From Mobula hypostoma (Eukaryota): 64,000 nucleotides of DNA. Position 1 is the first letter of the stretch. Every line of letters starts with the position of its first letter. Shown piece after piece: positions 11,950 through 24,856 of the stretch. Under the pieces are notes generated by a model. That model made no database searches. It had not been told where the DNA came from and saw nothing but the letters and a program-made list of their open reading frames with translations. The position numbers and the translations under genes were made by a program. The stretch spans positions 65,412,001 to 65,476,000 of the forward strand of contig NC_086097.1 in assembly GCF_963921235.1 (NCBI RefSeq), written 5' to 3'.

Positions 11950-12730
11950 ACATGAACATAAGAAAATAGGAACAGAAGTAGACCCCTGGGTCTTCAAGGT
12001 TTCTGCCATTCATTATGATAAGGCTGATCCATCCCAGGCCCCAACTCTACTTACTCTTCAAATATCTATGCTGATCCAGTCTCCGTGACTCTCAAGGCTA
12101 AAAAATTCCAGAGGTTCATTTGTTTGCAAAATAAATTAACTCACTATTCAGTTTCCATTGACTGCCCTATTATTTTGTAACTATGTCCCCTCTTTTGAAA
12201 TTCTCTAAAAGGGTAGGAAACTTTGGGGGAAATTATCAAAAGGGCTGATTGGACCATTCATGGTTTGTATACAAGGTCACATCTGGAAACATATGTGCAA
12301 AACTCTAATTTCCCTACCAAAGGAAAGAGACGTGCTTGAGTGATGCAGAGAAGGTTCACCACAATGGTGTGTGGGATGGTTGATGGTTTCATAAGGGGTG
12401 GAATTAAACGGACTAGGCATATAATCTCAGATGTACAAAATGAGATATTATCTCATCAAGAACTACAATGTTTATGTTTATGGGACTGGACAGAAAAGAT
12501 GCAGAGATTAATGCTTCTCCTGGCTAAGATATACTGAATCAGGGATCAGAGTTTCAAAATAGAGGCTTTACTCAAAGAGCAGTGAATCTCTGGCATTTTC
12601 AATCCAAGAGAGTGTGAACATTCATTTGTTAAGTATATTTAAAGCAGAATATGCTAGGTTTAAGATACTCTTAGATATAAAAGGAATCAAGGATAAATAA
12701 CTAGTGCAAGAAAATGGTACTGACGTGCAA
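11950..12730. mobile_element. Decayed CR1 fragments in both orientations
   Basis: Minus 3' tail AACATAAGAAAATAGGAACAGAAGTAG near 11955; plus QRRFT..M and AVNLW remnants 12340-12720. Confidence 0.6.
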
Positions 12731-14389
12731 CATCAAAATCACACAGTTTTATTAATCAGAGTTGTTAAACTATTTTGTTGAATTAATGCATTATTATGTG
12801 AAATTCCTATGTGAAGAATATTATTGTATTTTTGATTACATCATGCTGACTTCAACATATATCCAATTTCTTATTTCCAAATTCAGAAAAGTAAGAAGGC
12901 ACAAAAGTAAACAAGTGGGGGCATTATTTTTCTATAAAACTTTTCACTTTGATTATTTTACAAAATTAAAATACTGAGTACCAATAATATTTTATACATA
13001 TCATATTTAGTTATTTCAATATGTTTATACAGCATTAAACAGGTTGAAATCAAATCACACACTACCACACCATCTTGCCTTGATGGGCTAATTAAAGATG
13101 CATGCAAGTATCTTAATGCATAGCAATGAAATTCATATTCAGAGAAATAACTTGTACATGATAATGACAGGAAATTGCAAATTTAAGGAACTTCACTCAT
13201 ATCCAAGATAAATGTTCAGATCAAGGCAGAATACTGGTCCTGCAAAATTTGCCTTATGACAATCAGGCTTTGAAAGCCATTGCAATTATTTTCTATCATC
13301 AAAGTTCAAGTAATCCCATCCCATCATCACAATCCACTAACTTGTATTTGTTGCTTCTATGTAAATCTTTGCTAGATCCTTGGTCATGCCAGGTGCCATT
13401 GAAATGTTGTGTTTCAAGTCTTTAGAGGTTTCTAAATTTCTCATCGCCTCTATTTCTCATTCCATGCAGTATTCTCACGTCCAAGGCATGTTTATTGAAA
13501 ATAAAGGGCTTGATATTTTTCAGAGTGAGAAAATATGAGTAAATTAGGTTTGGCATTAAAAGGCAATTTAAGACTGGGCCTACTTGACAACTGACGAAAG
13601 TGTGGAAAGCAGACTGGGGTATGTGCTCATTAGTAATTTCATATTTCATACAGTATAATAGGGACAGGTGAACTAAAAATACTCCAGTAGTTGTAGCAGG
13701 GTGGAAGAATATGATGATGATTGGATAATTTAAAAGATTGCATTAAATTATATCATCCAGCCCTTAATATGGGTTTGGAAGTTTTATGGATAAATTAGAA
13801 TATACTTACGAATTTTAAAATTCTAAACATTTGCAATTATCTAATTTTTTCATAACTTCACCTATGGTTTTGAAAAGGAATTATTTATAAACGTCTTCAT
13901 TTACCAACTTCTGATCAAAAACGGATTTCCAATTAAAGTTCCCCACAAGATGTTCATTTTTTGCTTTCTCCTATTCACCAATAAAACTGTCTTCCTGGTA
14001 AAAAACTCTAAACTCTTTTTTAAGTCTTCCCACTTCTTCTTTGATAGGAAATTATGTTTTTCAAATACCTTTCAGAGTCACAAAAAGAACATAATCGTCT
14101 CGTAGCCCTTAACAACTTTATGAAAATCTCTTCCTAGGCTGAGTGTTCAGTCGAGCTTCTCTGATACCTCTCTGTGCCCAAGATAAAGCTCCCATTTTAT
14201 TGTGTTCCAAATCATCACTATGTTGAAGCTATTGATTGCAATGCCTTTCCTGGATCAAAAAGAAAATGAAAACCCTTGCCTGCCTGGATTTTTCCTTCGT
14301 TTTACTGTCTTCAAACTTCAAAAGTTTAAACCTGGAAATGCATTACCATTGCTTCCTCATTCATGTTGCCTTCTTGTTCCCTTCATCTG

Positions 14390-14530
14390 CTAACACTCTC
14401 ATTTAAATGTAAGATTGTGGATTTGAACCCCACTCAACAATTCTAAACTGATATTTCAGTGCAGGATGAAGAAGTACTTGCTGCATTATCTGAGGTGCCG
14501 TCTTTTGGAAGACATTAACCATAAAACTTG
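14390..14530 (+). repeat. Deu-domain SINE core (AmnSINE/SacSINE-like)
   Basis: CTGATATTTCAGTGCAGGATGAAGAAGT...GCTGCATTATCTGAGGTGCCGTCTTTTGGAAGACATTAACC resembles the conserved Deu core, preceded by a B-box-like TTTGAACCCC. Confidence 0.6.
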
Positions 14531-15108
14531 CAATGTTTTTCTGAACACTGATGAGGAATTAATGCAGTCGGCAGGGAAGGGGAAATGTGAATAAGGGAGG
14601 GAAAGTGAATAGGAAGGCAAAAATGAATGGAGGAAAAAGGAGGAGAAGGATAAAGCAGTGGTCATGAGATTTAGAGGAAATTAAAAGACAGAGGATGAGA
14701 AATCAAGGTAAGGAGACTAAAGTACAAATAGGCCAAATTTTTAGAAAACAAATTTGGCCGATGTAGCAAGATTGAGAAAATAAAAATCAAGATAATTAGA
14801 ATGACTGTCGCCTGTTTTCAGCCCATTAGATGGGTAAAGGGATTAAATACTTCCTCAATACTTAAAGGATAAGAAGCAGATGTCTGTAATCTTGCAGGGC
14901 TAGAGCTGGTGGGGGGAGTGAAATGAGTGATAAGTTCATAAACTCTGCAACAAACTTATGATTGCATCAAGCTTGCAATGACCGTTGAAGTGTGGTGAGA
15001 GACTAGACTTCTAAGACCGATAATCACATTCCCTTATTTGATCATTTACATTATCTTGCATCTCTATTTCAAACATTACTTAAATTATCACAGGTAAATG
15101 ATTACAAT

Positions 15109-15890
15109 TGTGACCGGATCCTGGATTATCCCTTATGGACTGTGCCCTTAAAAAGAGAGAGAGAGCTGCACAATACAAACACCTTGTTATTAAGAGAGAA
15201 AGAGAGGTGAAGACTGCTCACAGTTTGTTTGGAATTTCTGCAAGGACACTGCCAGCTTCTGAGTTCCTACAGAGAGAGAAAGGAGGAGCTACTTGATGGA
15301 CAGCTGGTGTTCAGCATGTTGAGATAAATAGGTCAGCTGGTAGACACACAGACACATGATTTTGAACACTGGATGAGCTTTGTTGTGCCCACAGAAAGGT
15401 GGGTTTTTGGAGGATCGATCAGTGGTTCTCACAGTGTGGAAAAGGTGTCACCGGTGGGAAGTTATTAATGTGCCCAACCCTTGCCTGGGTTGATAACCCC
15501 ACTACATAAAATGGTCCCCTTGTTGTGGTCATACTCAGTGACTTCTAAAGGATTTCAGAGGACAACGGGAAGAATCGACAGCATCGGCTTACTCGAACAA
15601 CCACAATACCTCTCTCTCTCCATCACTATTCAACTGAATACCACGAATTGAACTGATTCCCTTTACTCATCAGGGTAAGACTGTATCCATTTACCCCTAG
15701 GCTTGAAGAAGCTTGCTTTTTATATTTCCACATTTATATATATAATCTTTGCTAACCTGTTTGATTTATCTAAATTTATATTACTGTATTGCATAGTTAC
15801 TAATAAACGAGTAGTAGTTAATAACAATACCAGACTCCAAGGTGTTTTTCATTTCTTCTGGTTCTTTAACCCGTCACGGGGTACGTGACA
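15109..15890 (+). mobile_element. Solo LTR (782 bp), Gypsy/Ty3- or ERV-type
   Basis: Begins TGT, ends ACA, 4-bp TSD CAAT (15105-15108 / 15891-15894), AATAAA near 15802. Confidence 0.85.
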
Positions 15891-16054
15891 CAATGCCATA
15901 ACAATCGTCCGTAGGCTTATCACTGACTTTGTGATGGGGTCCAAAATCTTAGTAACTTCATCCAAGTTCCACATTTGCATTTGGTGAAATAGTAAAACCA
16001 AAGTAGAATGCAAAGATGCATACATCAGGATGCTCTTTATTGGTTACAGCTCAT

Positions 16055-17252
16055 CATCTTACATGATCATTTCCTCAAAAATAATCAGTAAACTCCAAGA
16101 CCTAGGCCTCAATAACCCCATGTGCAATTGGATCCTAGATTTCCTTACTTGTAGACCCCAGTTCGCTTGAACTGGTAAAAACATCTCCTCCACAGTCTCC
16201 ATCAGCACAAGAGGACCACAGGGATTTGTGCTTAGTCCCCTGCTCTACTTGCTTTACACCTGTGACCGTGTGGCTGAGTATGCACATACACATTTTGTTG
16301 TAATTTTGTCCTATGAAATCATTGTTGAAAATGATGCTTTTTTGTTATGTTTGAGCTGACCGAAATAAATTTCATTCATTCATATACAAGTTTGCTGATG
16401 ACACCACTATTGTGGGCTGTATCAAAGGTGGTGATAAATCAACACACAGGAGACTGAAAACTTGGCTGAGTGGTGTAATAACAACAACTCCTCATTCAAT
16501 GTCAATAAGACCAAGGAACTGACTTCAGGAGAGGGAACTCAAAGGTCCATGAGCCAGTAATCATCGGAGGATCAGAGGTGGAGAGGGTCAGTAACTTTAA
16601 ATTCCTGGGTGTCACTATCTCAGGGGTCCTGCCCTGGACCCATTACATAAATATAATTGAGCAGAAAGCACGACAACGCCTCTACTTCCTCAGGAGTCTG
16701 TGGAGATTTGGCACAACATCAAAAATCTGGGCAAACTTCTATGGATGTGGGGTGGAAAGTGTGCTGACTGGCTGTATTACGACCTAGTACGGTAACATCA
16801 ATGAGTGAAAAATCGTACAAAAGGCAGTGGATTCCACCAGTACATCAGAGGGAAAACCCTCCTGACTATTGAGTAGATCGATACAAAGCATTGCCATAGA
16901 AAAGCAGCATTCATCATCAGAGATCCTCACCAGCCAGGCCATGCCCTTTTGTCGCTGCTGCCATCAGGTAGAAGGTACAAGAGCCTCAAGACTCACACCA
17001 CCACGTTCAAGAACAGTTACGATCCCTCAAACGTCAGGCTCCTGAACAAAAGGGGTAACTACACTCTTTCACTTTGTTATTTCAAACTTGTTGTTTAGTG
17101 CTATCTATTTTTATCTGCATTTGCAGTTTGTCATCCATTGATCCTCTTTACAGTTACTGTTCTATAGATTTGCTAAGTATGCCCGCAGAAAAATAATCTC
17201 AGGGTTGTATATAGTGACATGTATGTACTCTGATAATAAATTTTACTTTGAA
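16055..17252 (+). mobile_element. Rex1/Babar-type LINE 3' part
   Basis: KFADDTTIVG, VERVSNFKFLG, KARQRLYFLR, VESVLTGCIT; tail AATAAATTTTACTTTG; small secondary insertion at about 16290-16382. Confidence 0.85.
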
Positions 17253-18789
17253 ATTTAATCCTAGGGACATATTTGGTTGACAGCTGAATGCTACCATTCA
17301 AGTGCCTGAATTAAGAAAGTATTTGTGTGGTCTATTGAATATCGAGATACTGTACTTCACAAAAGGTTAATAGGAATACTTAAAAATTACTTCACTAAGG
17401 TATGTTAGTGAAGGGAAGCAGATGTACTTCATTCAATAAAATTATACGCAGATGAAAATCTTTGTTGTACTGACATTGTTTAGATAAAAACATGAGTATA
17501 AATATCCTTTGGCTACATATTTTATAAAGAAAAGATTTAAGGCATTGCATGCAATCTGTTTAAGGACCATCTTTTATATTATTTATCTTAGCATTAAAAT
17601 TAAAATTGCATTTGATGTGATCATAAAGAAACTAATTATGCTTTAGATAAATATCATTATACATAGAATTTACAAAACTCAAACTGTAAGAGGATTATAA
17701 AGATATTACAGCCTGTAATGTTTCATCAACAGCAATGTTACTTAAAATTAGTTAAAATGCTCATCTCTTCTCTGCAATAGTTTCTGAACTTTCCACTTCT
17801 CTTTTCATGCAGAACTGTTTGTGCAGTCTATCAATTCTATCTTCGTGGATGCCATCCATATTGTTCAGCTGAAAATGTCAAGGAACCATGGGGATTTTAG
17901 TTCCTGAACCAAAATAAAGGGGGAAATTTACAGAACAGAATGAATGAATTTTGCAACTCTGAGATAAAATTTTCATGTAGAAGTCAAACTGAATAAAAAT
18001 GATAGAACTCCTATCTATCAAGTTAAATTCAAGCTAAATTATATCTGAACACCACTTGCTTATATTAACATGCTGTACTACATTCTAAAACACATTCAGA
18101 AGCTTCCTCAATTTACCACTTGTAAAAATTTTACAATTCTGGGCCGATACTGTAGTAATCATGTTTTGAATGAATTATGAACAAATTCTAGCATCTCCAG
18201 TCTCTTCTGTTAAACAAATGGAATACTTATTAATATGATTGAAACAAACACATCAGTTAATCATTTTTAACCATTTTGAAAATATAGTACTGTAGATTTT
18301 AATTGATTACAGATATTTTCTTCCCAGTTAGTCTCTTGTAACGAATTCTGGAGTTTCCTAAGTATATGATTGGGATGAGCAGACTTTGTTATTACTGCAT
18401 CATATGGACTGAGTAGATTATTATATGCTCCTTCCACTGTTTGCACTTACCCAGCACATACTCCCGGAACAAACTGCAGTGCTTGGTGCTTTCCAGATAC
18501 CTCTCTGCCAATTTGAGCAGACTTGGGCCTGAGATTTCCAGCTCCCCACCCCCCCCCCCCAACAAGGACACTTTAAAGATATTCTTAAAACATTTTTGTC
18601 TGTCCTCCTGTGTTCTTCTTCCCTTAATGGAACTCAAAAGTAGTGTTTGCTTGAGTCTGACAACAGGATAATGTAGTCTGCCCATTATATTGAGTGTGAT
18701 CAGAGCTTTCTGATTGCTGGTTAGGGAGAGGAGAGTGACAATAATTTCCTTATTTTACCACTGAACAAAATATATGTAACGCCTGCAGT

Positions 18790-19090
18790 AACAAGAGGAG
18801 ATCATGTTGGAGGACTGGATGACATTTCTGTTGTGACCACCTTCAAGAAAGGAAACAAATTGGATTGTAGTAGTTTTAAAAGAGTTCTCAATACTGTCTA
18901 CCAAAGGTAAAGCCAGTGCAACATTCTTTCCAACTGTCTCATCCCAGTGACTGAAGAGCTTTTCTCAGAGTTATAATGCAGATTCTGTCACAGAATCAAA
19001 ATGGATATGAATTTCACCAGACACGTCCAAGAATGCAGATGAGCAGCAGGAACCAATGCATATTGTCTTCACAAATATGACATAATGTTG
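18790..19090 (+). mobile_element. Ancient RTE-type LINE RT remnant
   Basis: Residual VT.FKKG.K.DC, EEL..E..C.F and MDM.FT.R..Q motifs. Confidence 0.5.
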
Positions 19091-20379
19091 TCAAAAATAA
19101 GCCCTCATATTTTGAATGTTTAATGCAGTGAATTCTGGAAATAAGATATAATCAGATCTGGCTGGTATTCTATCACTGCATCATAAAACTCTATACTGCA
19201 CTTGAGCAATAAATATTTTCCATAAAACTCTGGCTCCTAAAAATAATATATATCCATTTTATTTGTGCCAAGATTCACTGGAAAATTTTACAATACAGCT
19301 CCAAAACACAAGCTGGCCTCAATTATATCATCTTGTACAAAAAAAAATATTGCAAGGAGAGGCAATAGCAACCCCTGCTGAAAATATTACAATTTGGATT
19401 CCTCTTACATTTATCAAAACACATGGGAAGAAAATTTATTTGCAAGCAAGCCACTACAATTTAAAAGAAACAGTAACACATCTTAAAATATTTTGGCAGA
19501 TCACTAACAAATCTTGCAAGCAGTTGCTCAACCATGACAAAAGATATACATAGGAATTTTATTGTGGGTTCCCCAAATGGATGCTGTAAAATCTAGAAAA
19601 ATCTAGGAAAACATGATTTCTGCTAATATTGTGGCCAATTGGGAAAATTTACAATGAATGTTTGGCACCATACGTATTTCATGTGTGGAAATTATAAAAC
19701 AGGGAAATTTATTATTTTATGGTCATTTCATCAGATGGTTAATAAAACTCATAAATCAAAAAGTAACAGTTATGTTGGAAGGTGACAAGATTCAAGTGGT
19801 AAGTGACAGGTAGCAGGAACTACAAACATACATTCTTGAAATTGATTAAGATGGCACTATTGTGAAGGTATGGTAATAGTGGTTCTTCACCTACCATCCC
19901 CATAAATTTTAAAAGAATATGTTGCCCCATGCTTAGTTGGGAAACTGCCAATTTGTGTCTGAACAGTGGAGACTTTCCATAAGAGAATCCCATTTGGGAA
20001 ACCCCACCTTTGTATTGAGATATGCAGTTTGATAAAGAAATAAATATTATAAGCACTAAATTAAGCCAGTCATATGAGAAATGAAGCATTCTCAGTTGCT
20101 TGTGGAATTTAAGCAACAGATTTAAAAAGCAAGTGGGGGCTGTCAGGACTTCCTGCAGAGGTTGAGATTATTTGGGTTACTAGGAACTTGGCAAGGGCCA
20201 TTAAAAAGTTACAATTAAGCGGAGCAACTTTTGTGGGAGTGGGACAGGGTTAGAGAGGGGTAATAAGGCTTTGGCTCAAGAAGCTTCTGTGAGAAGAGGC
20301 AGAATCTAGGTTGGGGTTTCTGTCAGATTTCTCTTTCTTTCTCTATTGATGCCTAGCTAGAATAGATAGAAGTGATCCT

Positions 20380-21200
20380 AGGTCAGCGTTGTGCTCTTCA
20401 TCCAAGATGTGGGAGATCTGGGAGATTGCTATATCTGTAAGAAGTTCATCTGGGTACAGCTCTTTATAGACTATATTGGGGAACTAGATCTGGAACTAGA
20501 TGACATTTGGCTTATTCCAGAAAATGAGGCAATGATACAAAAGAACTGCAGAGAGATAGTCACACCAAAGTTGCAGGAGGCAGGTGGCTGGTTGACTGTC
20601 AGGAGAGGGAAAGGGAAAGGGAAAAGGCAGATAGTGCAGGGTACTATTCTGGAATTCTGGAATCTATGAAGAAAGAACATAATACTTTGAAAAGAGTAAA
20701 CATGGAAAGTATGTACAGAAAACATAATTGACTAATATGTTGAAGATGTTTGAGGATGTAGCTAAAAAAAAAAGGGGAATCTGTGGATGTGATGTATTTG
20801 TTTCTTTGGAAAACTTTCAATAAGGTGCCACATAGGATGATTGGGGCTCATGGAACTGGGGGTAACATTTTTTTGTATAGATTGAGAAATGATAATTGAA
20901 CCAAAATCAAATAGGAATAAATGGCTCTTTCTCAGGTTGGCAGGATATAACTACCATAGGTGCTGCAGGAAGCAGTAGTCACGCCCCAGCTACTCATTTT
21001 ATTTTTATCAACAATTTGGCTGAGGGGGACCAAGTTGTCTATTGATATAAAACAAGTTGGGATTGTAAGTATAGAAAATAATTTTTAAGAATAAGGGTTA
21101 GGCAGTTTATGTTTGAGTTGAAGAGGAATTTCTTCATTCAGAGGGTACCGAACTTTTGGAATTCTCTACACTGGAGGTCTGTGGAAGCTGTCATTACAGA
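20380..21200 (+). mobile_element. Decayed CR1 pieces (ORF1 and ORF2 remnants)
   Basis: YICKK...ELELDD.WLI.E.E...WLTVRRGKG (ORF1-like); VDVMY..F.KTFNKVPH and RRNFFIQRV.N.WNSL (ORF2-like). Confidence 0.65.
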
Positions 21201-21979
21201 AAGACAAGTCTACAGATGTGATAGTCTGGATTTTAATGCATAAGACTACAGCAGTTCAGACAGCATCTGTGGAGGTATTTGTGACATTTCCCACATGGAA
21301 GAACAATCATAGCAGAGACATTGAAATAGCAAAAACTTTAAGTTCTCTTCCAGTGGACACACATCACAACAACATGGAAATATATGGCTTGCCTTGCATC
21401 ACACAAAAAATATATTAGAACATACCAATGCAAAATCCTACTGGGAACACCTTCTGCACAAATACTGCAGCATTCATAATGGTGGCTAACGACCCACCTT
21501 CAAGTGTAATCCACAGGTTAATAATACCAGCATTCTGTGTATAAATGAAAGTCTCTACCTTGAAAATATACTTCTACAAAGTAAAGTGTTGGGCAAAACA
21601 CGTACGTCATATTTTGAGGGCAATCCTAACACTAGCCATAGCTTCACTTCAGCTACTCTTATAATTGCACATTCTTGTTTCACATCATTGGCACAGTTAT
21701 ATTAACAGGTAATTGAAGACTTCAATGATAGTAAATTAAAATATTCCCAAAAGCATTCTTCCATCAATATACACATGTGAACATGCATAAAACTGCAGAA
21801 ATTGGAGTCCTATAAAAGCATCGTTCCCAGTTAACTCTCAATTAGCTTATAAGGTGGGAAAGGAAATAAAACGAGAAATTTGAAGGCTGTGAAACACATG
21901 ATTGGGAATCCTAGATAAAGGTTAACATTCCTCATCGCTTCTAGAACTGTCAGCATCAGCAAGAAATAATGTATGGAGA

Positions 21980-22170
21980 AACAGGAGATTGCAGATGCTG
22001 GAATTTGATGGAAAAGTGCTGGAAGAATTCAGTTAATCAAGCAGTATTTATAGAAGTAACAGATTGGTTGACATTTTGAATCAGAACCATGCATCAGGAC
22101 TGAGAGTGTAAAGGGAAGATAGCTAGTAAATGGGAGTGAGAGGGAGGGATGAGACAGAGGCAAGTAATTG
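21980..22170 (-). mobile_element. Old Penelope pLTR-derived short element with decayed hammerhead
   Basis: TGCAGATGCTGGAA terminus; minus strand CAGTCCTGATGC...CAAAATGTCAACC. Confidence 0.55.
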
Positions 22171-22625
22171 GCTTATTATTGTCACATTATTGTACCGAGA
22201 TACAGTGAAGTGTTTGTTTCCATGCCATCCATACAGATCATTCCATACAAAAGGAAAACAAAATCAGAATGCAGAATATAGTGCTACAGTTACAGAGAGA
22301 GTACAGTGCAGACAAATAAAATGCAAGAGCCATAGTGAGGTAGATTGAGAGAACAAGAATTCATCTCTAGAACACAAGAATTTGTTGAAGAGTTTTATAA
22401 CGGCAGGATTGATGCTGTCCTTAAGCCTTATGATACATATATACGTGTCCTCCAGCTTTAGAATCTTCTGCCAAATAGGCGTGGACAGAAGAGCGAATGA
22501 CCGGGGTCGGAAGAATCCTACGCTATGCGGGCTGCTTTCCTGAAACTGTAGGAAGTATAAACAAATTCAACAGCAGACAGGCTGCTTTTTGTAACAGTCT
22601 GAACTGAGTACATAACTCTGCTATT

Positions 22626-23724
22626 TAGAACATAGAATAGTACAGCACAGTACAGGCCCTTCGGCCCACAAAGTTGTGCCGACCCTTAAACCCTACCTCC
22701 CATATAACACCCCCCCCTTAAATTCCTCCATCTACCTGTCTAGTAGTCTCTTAAATTTCACTACTATATCTGTCTCCACCACTGACTCAGGCAGTGCATT
22801 CCACGCACCAACCACTCTCCGAGTAAAAAACCTTCCTCTAATATCCCCCTTGTACTTCCCACCCCTTACCTTAAAGTGATGTACTGAGCAGTGGTGCCTT
22901 GGGGAAGAGGCGCTGGCTGTCCACTCTATCTATTCCTCTTAATATCTTGTATACCTCTAACATGTCTCCTCTCATCCTCCTTCTCTCCAGAGAGTAAAGC
23001 CCTAGCTCCCTTAATCTCTGATCATAATGCATACTCTCTAAACCAGGCAGCATCCTGGTAAGTCTCTTCTGTACCCTTTCCAATGCTTCCACATCCTTCC
23101 AATAGTGAGGCAACCAGAAATGGACACAGTACTCCAAGTGTGGCCCAACCAGAGTTTTATAGAGCTGCATCATTACCCCGCAACTCTTAAACTCTATTCC
23201 TCAACTTAAGAAAGCTAACACCCCATAAGCTTTCTTAACTACCCTATCTACCTGTGAGGCAACTTTCAGGGATCTATGGACATGTACTCCCAGATCCCTC
23301 TGCTCCTCCACAATACCAAATATCCTGCCATTTACTTTGTACTCTGCCTTGGAGTTCATCCTTCCAAAGTGTACCACCTCACACTTCTCCAGGTTGAATT
23401 CCATCTGCCACTTCTCAGCCCACTTCTGCATCCTATCAATGTCTCTCTGCAATCTTTGACAATCCTCTACACTATCTACAACACCACCAACCTTTGTGTC
23501 GTCTGCAAACTTGCCAACCCACCCTTCTACCCCCACATCCAGGTTGTTAATAAAAATCACAAAAAGCAGAGGTCCCAGAACCAATCCTTGTGGGACACCA
23601 CTAGTCACAACCCCCCAACCCAAATATACTCCCTCCACCATGACCCTCTGCTCTCTGCAGGCGAGCCAATTCTCAATCCACCTGGCCAAACTTCCCTGGA
23701 TCCCATGCCTTCTGAGCTTCTGAA
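22626..23724 (-). mobile_element. CR1 LINE 3' portion (young family)
   Basis: GVPQGLVLGPLLFVIFIN, KFADDTK, YKTLVGPHLEYCVHFW; TTCTATGTTCTA tail. Confidence 0.95.
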
Positions 23725-23783
23725 ATCATTTCTTGTAATCATGGGCACAGCAGCTGCCATAACATGCTGTGTAGCATCCAGAT

Positions 23784-23878
23784 CTAGTCCTGACGAAGGG
23801 TCTCGGCCTGAAACGTCGACTGCGCCTCTTCCTATAGATGCTGCTTGGCCTGCTGCGTTCACCAGCAACTTTGATGTA
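23784..23878 (+). mobile_element. 95-bp Penelope pLTR micro-insertion (hammerhead plus tail)
   Basis: Perfect 14-bp TSD TGTAGCATCCAGAT (23770-23783 / 23879-23892); content matches the pLTR from about 3329 onward. Confidence 0.9.
23786..23821 (+). ncRNA. Minimal type I hammerhead ribozyme (core intact)
   Basis: AGTCCTGACGAAGGGTCTCGGCCTGAAACGTCGACT, identical to 3330-3365. Confidence 0.88.
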
Positions 23879-24169
23879 TGTAGCATCCAGATATAATGTT
23901 TTCCATAGTGCATCTTCAAAAAAATTAGTGACAATCATTAGGGATGTGTCAAAGAAGAAAACAGATGAGGGAGGGTTGATGGGCAGAGGTGCCAAGTGGT
24001 GGAGTTTTAGAAGTGTACTGAGAGAGATGCTGCTGGGTGACAGGTGAAAACATCAGAATGGAGGCACATGGGATGGAAAAAGCGAAGTGAACGAAGGAAG
24101 AATGACCCTATGTGAATCGCTGAGAATGGGAAAGGAACACAGGGCGTGAGGGTTGCCATTGCACTGAAC

Positions 24170-24670
24170 GCTACCCAAGTGGAATTTGAGATTGTTCTTC
24201 TAGTTTGCACTTGGCTGTACCATGGTATTAGAGAAAGCCAAGGACAGACAATTCTGTGTGGGAATGGGAAGGAGAGCTGAAGTGACATATAACCAAAAGC
24301 TTAAGATGGCTGTTATGGAGAAAATGCAAATGCTCCACAAAGTAACTACTAGGTCTATATTTGATCTCACTAATGTAGAGGAGGCCATATTGAGATCACT
24401 GAATGCAGTAGACCAGTTTGGAGGAGGTATATGTGAATCTTTGCCTCACACAGAAGCGCTGTTTGGTATCACTGGATGGTGGTAAGATGGGGCTGGGAAA
24501 AGTTCCAGCAGAATGGGAGGGATGGGTGGAAAGGAATGACAGGACCAGGAATTCATGGAAAGGGTGACTCCTGCAGTCAGCATAGGGGTGGTTTGGGAAG
24601 GAGAGCAAATGGAAGAAGATATGGTGGGATCCTTTGGTACTGGTGGGATGGTGAAAAATTCCTGGAGCAG
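24170..24670 (-). mobile_element. Ancient Penelope GIY-YIG region remnant
   Basis: KQRFCVRQRFTYTSSKLVYCIQ parallels KQSFQVRRHFTCESAGVIYCVR of the young element. Confidence 0.65.
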
Positions 24671-24717
24671 AAACTTCAATTTGGGAGCAGGAGGGAAGGT
24701 GGGGGCAAAGACGATAA

Positions 24718-24856
24718 AAATAGTGAAATTTAAGAGACTACTAGACAGACATATGGAGGAATTTAAGGTGAGGGTTATATGGGAGGCAGGGTTTGAGGGT
24801 TGGCGCAACAATGTGGGCCACAGGGCCTGTACAGTGCTGTACTATTCTATGTTCTA
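24718..24856 (+). mobile_element. CR1 extreme 3' fragment
   Basis: VKFKRLLDRHMEEFKV plus 3'UTR and TTCTATGTTCTA tail; same family as 22626-23724. Confidence 0.9.

Noticed and set aside
22626..24856. A single composite transposon bounded by inverted CR1 ends
   Set aside because: No TSD, and the interior consists of elements of different ages.
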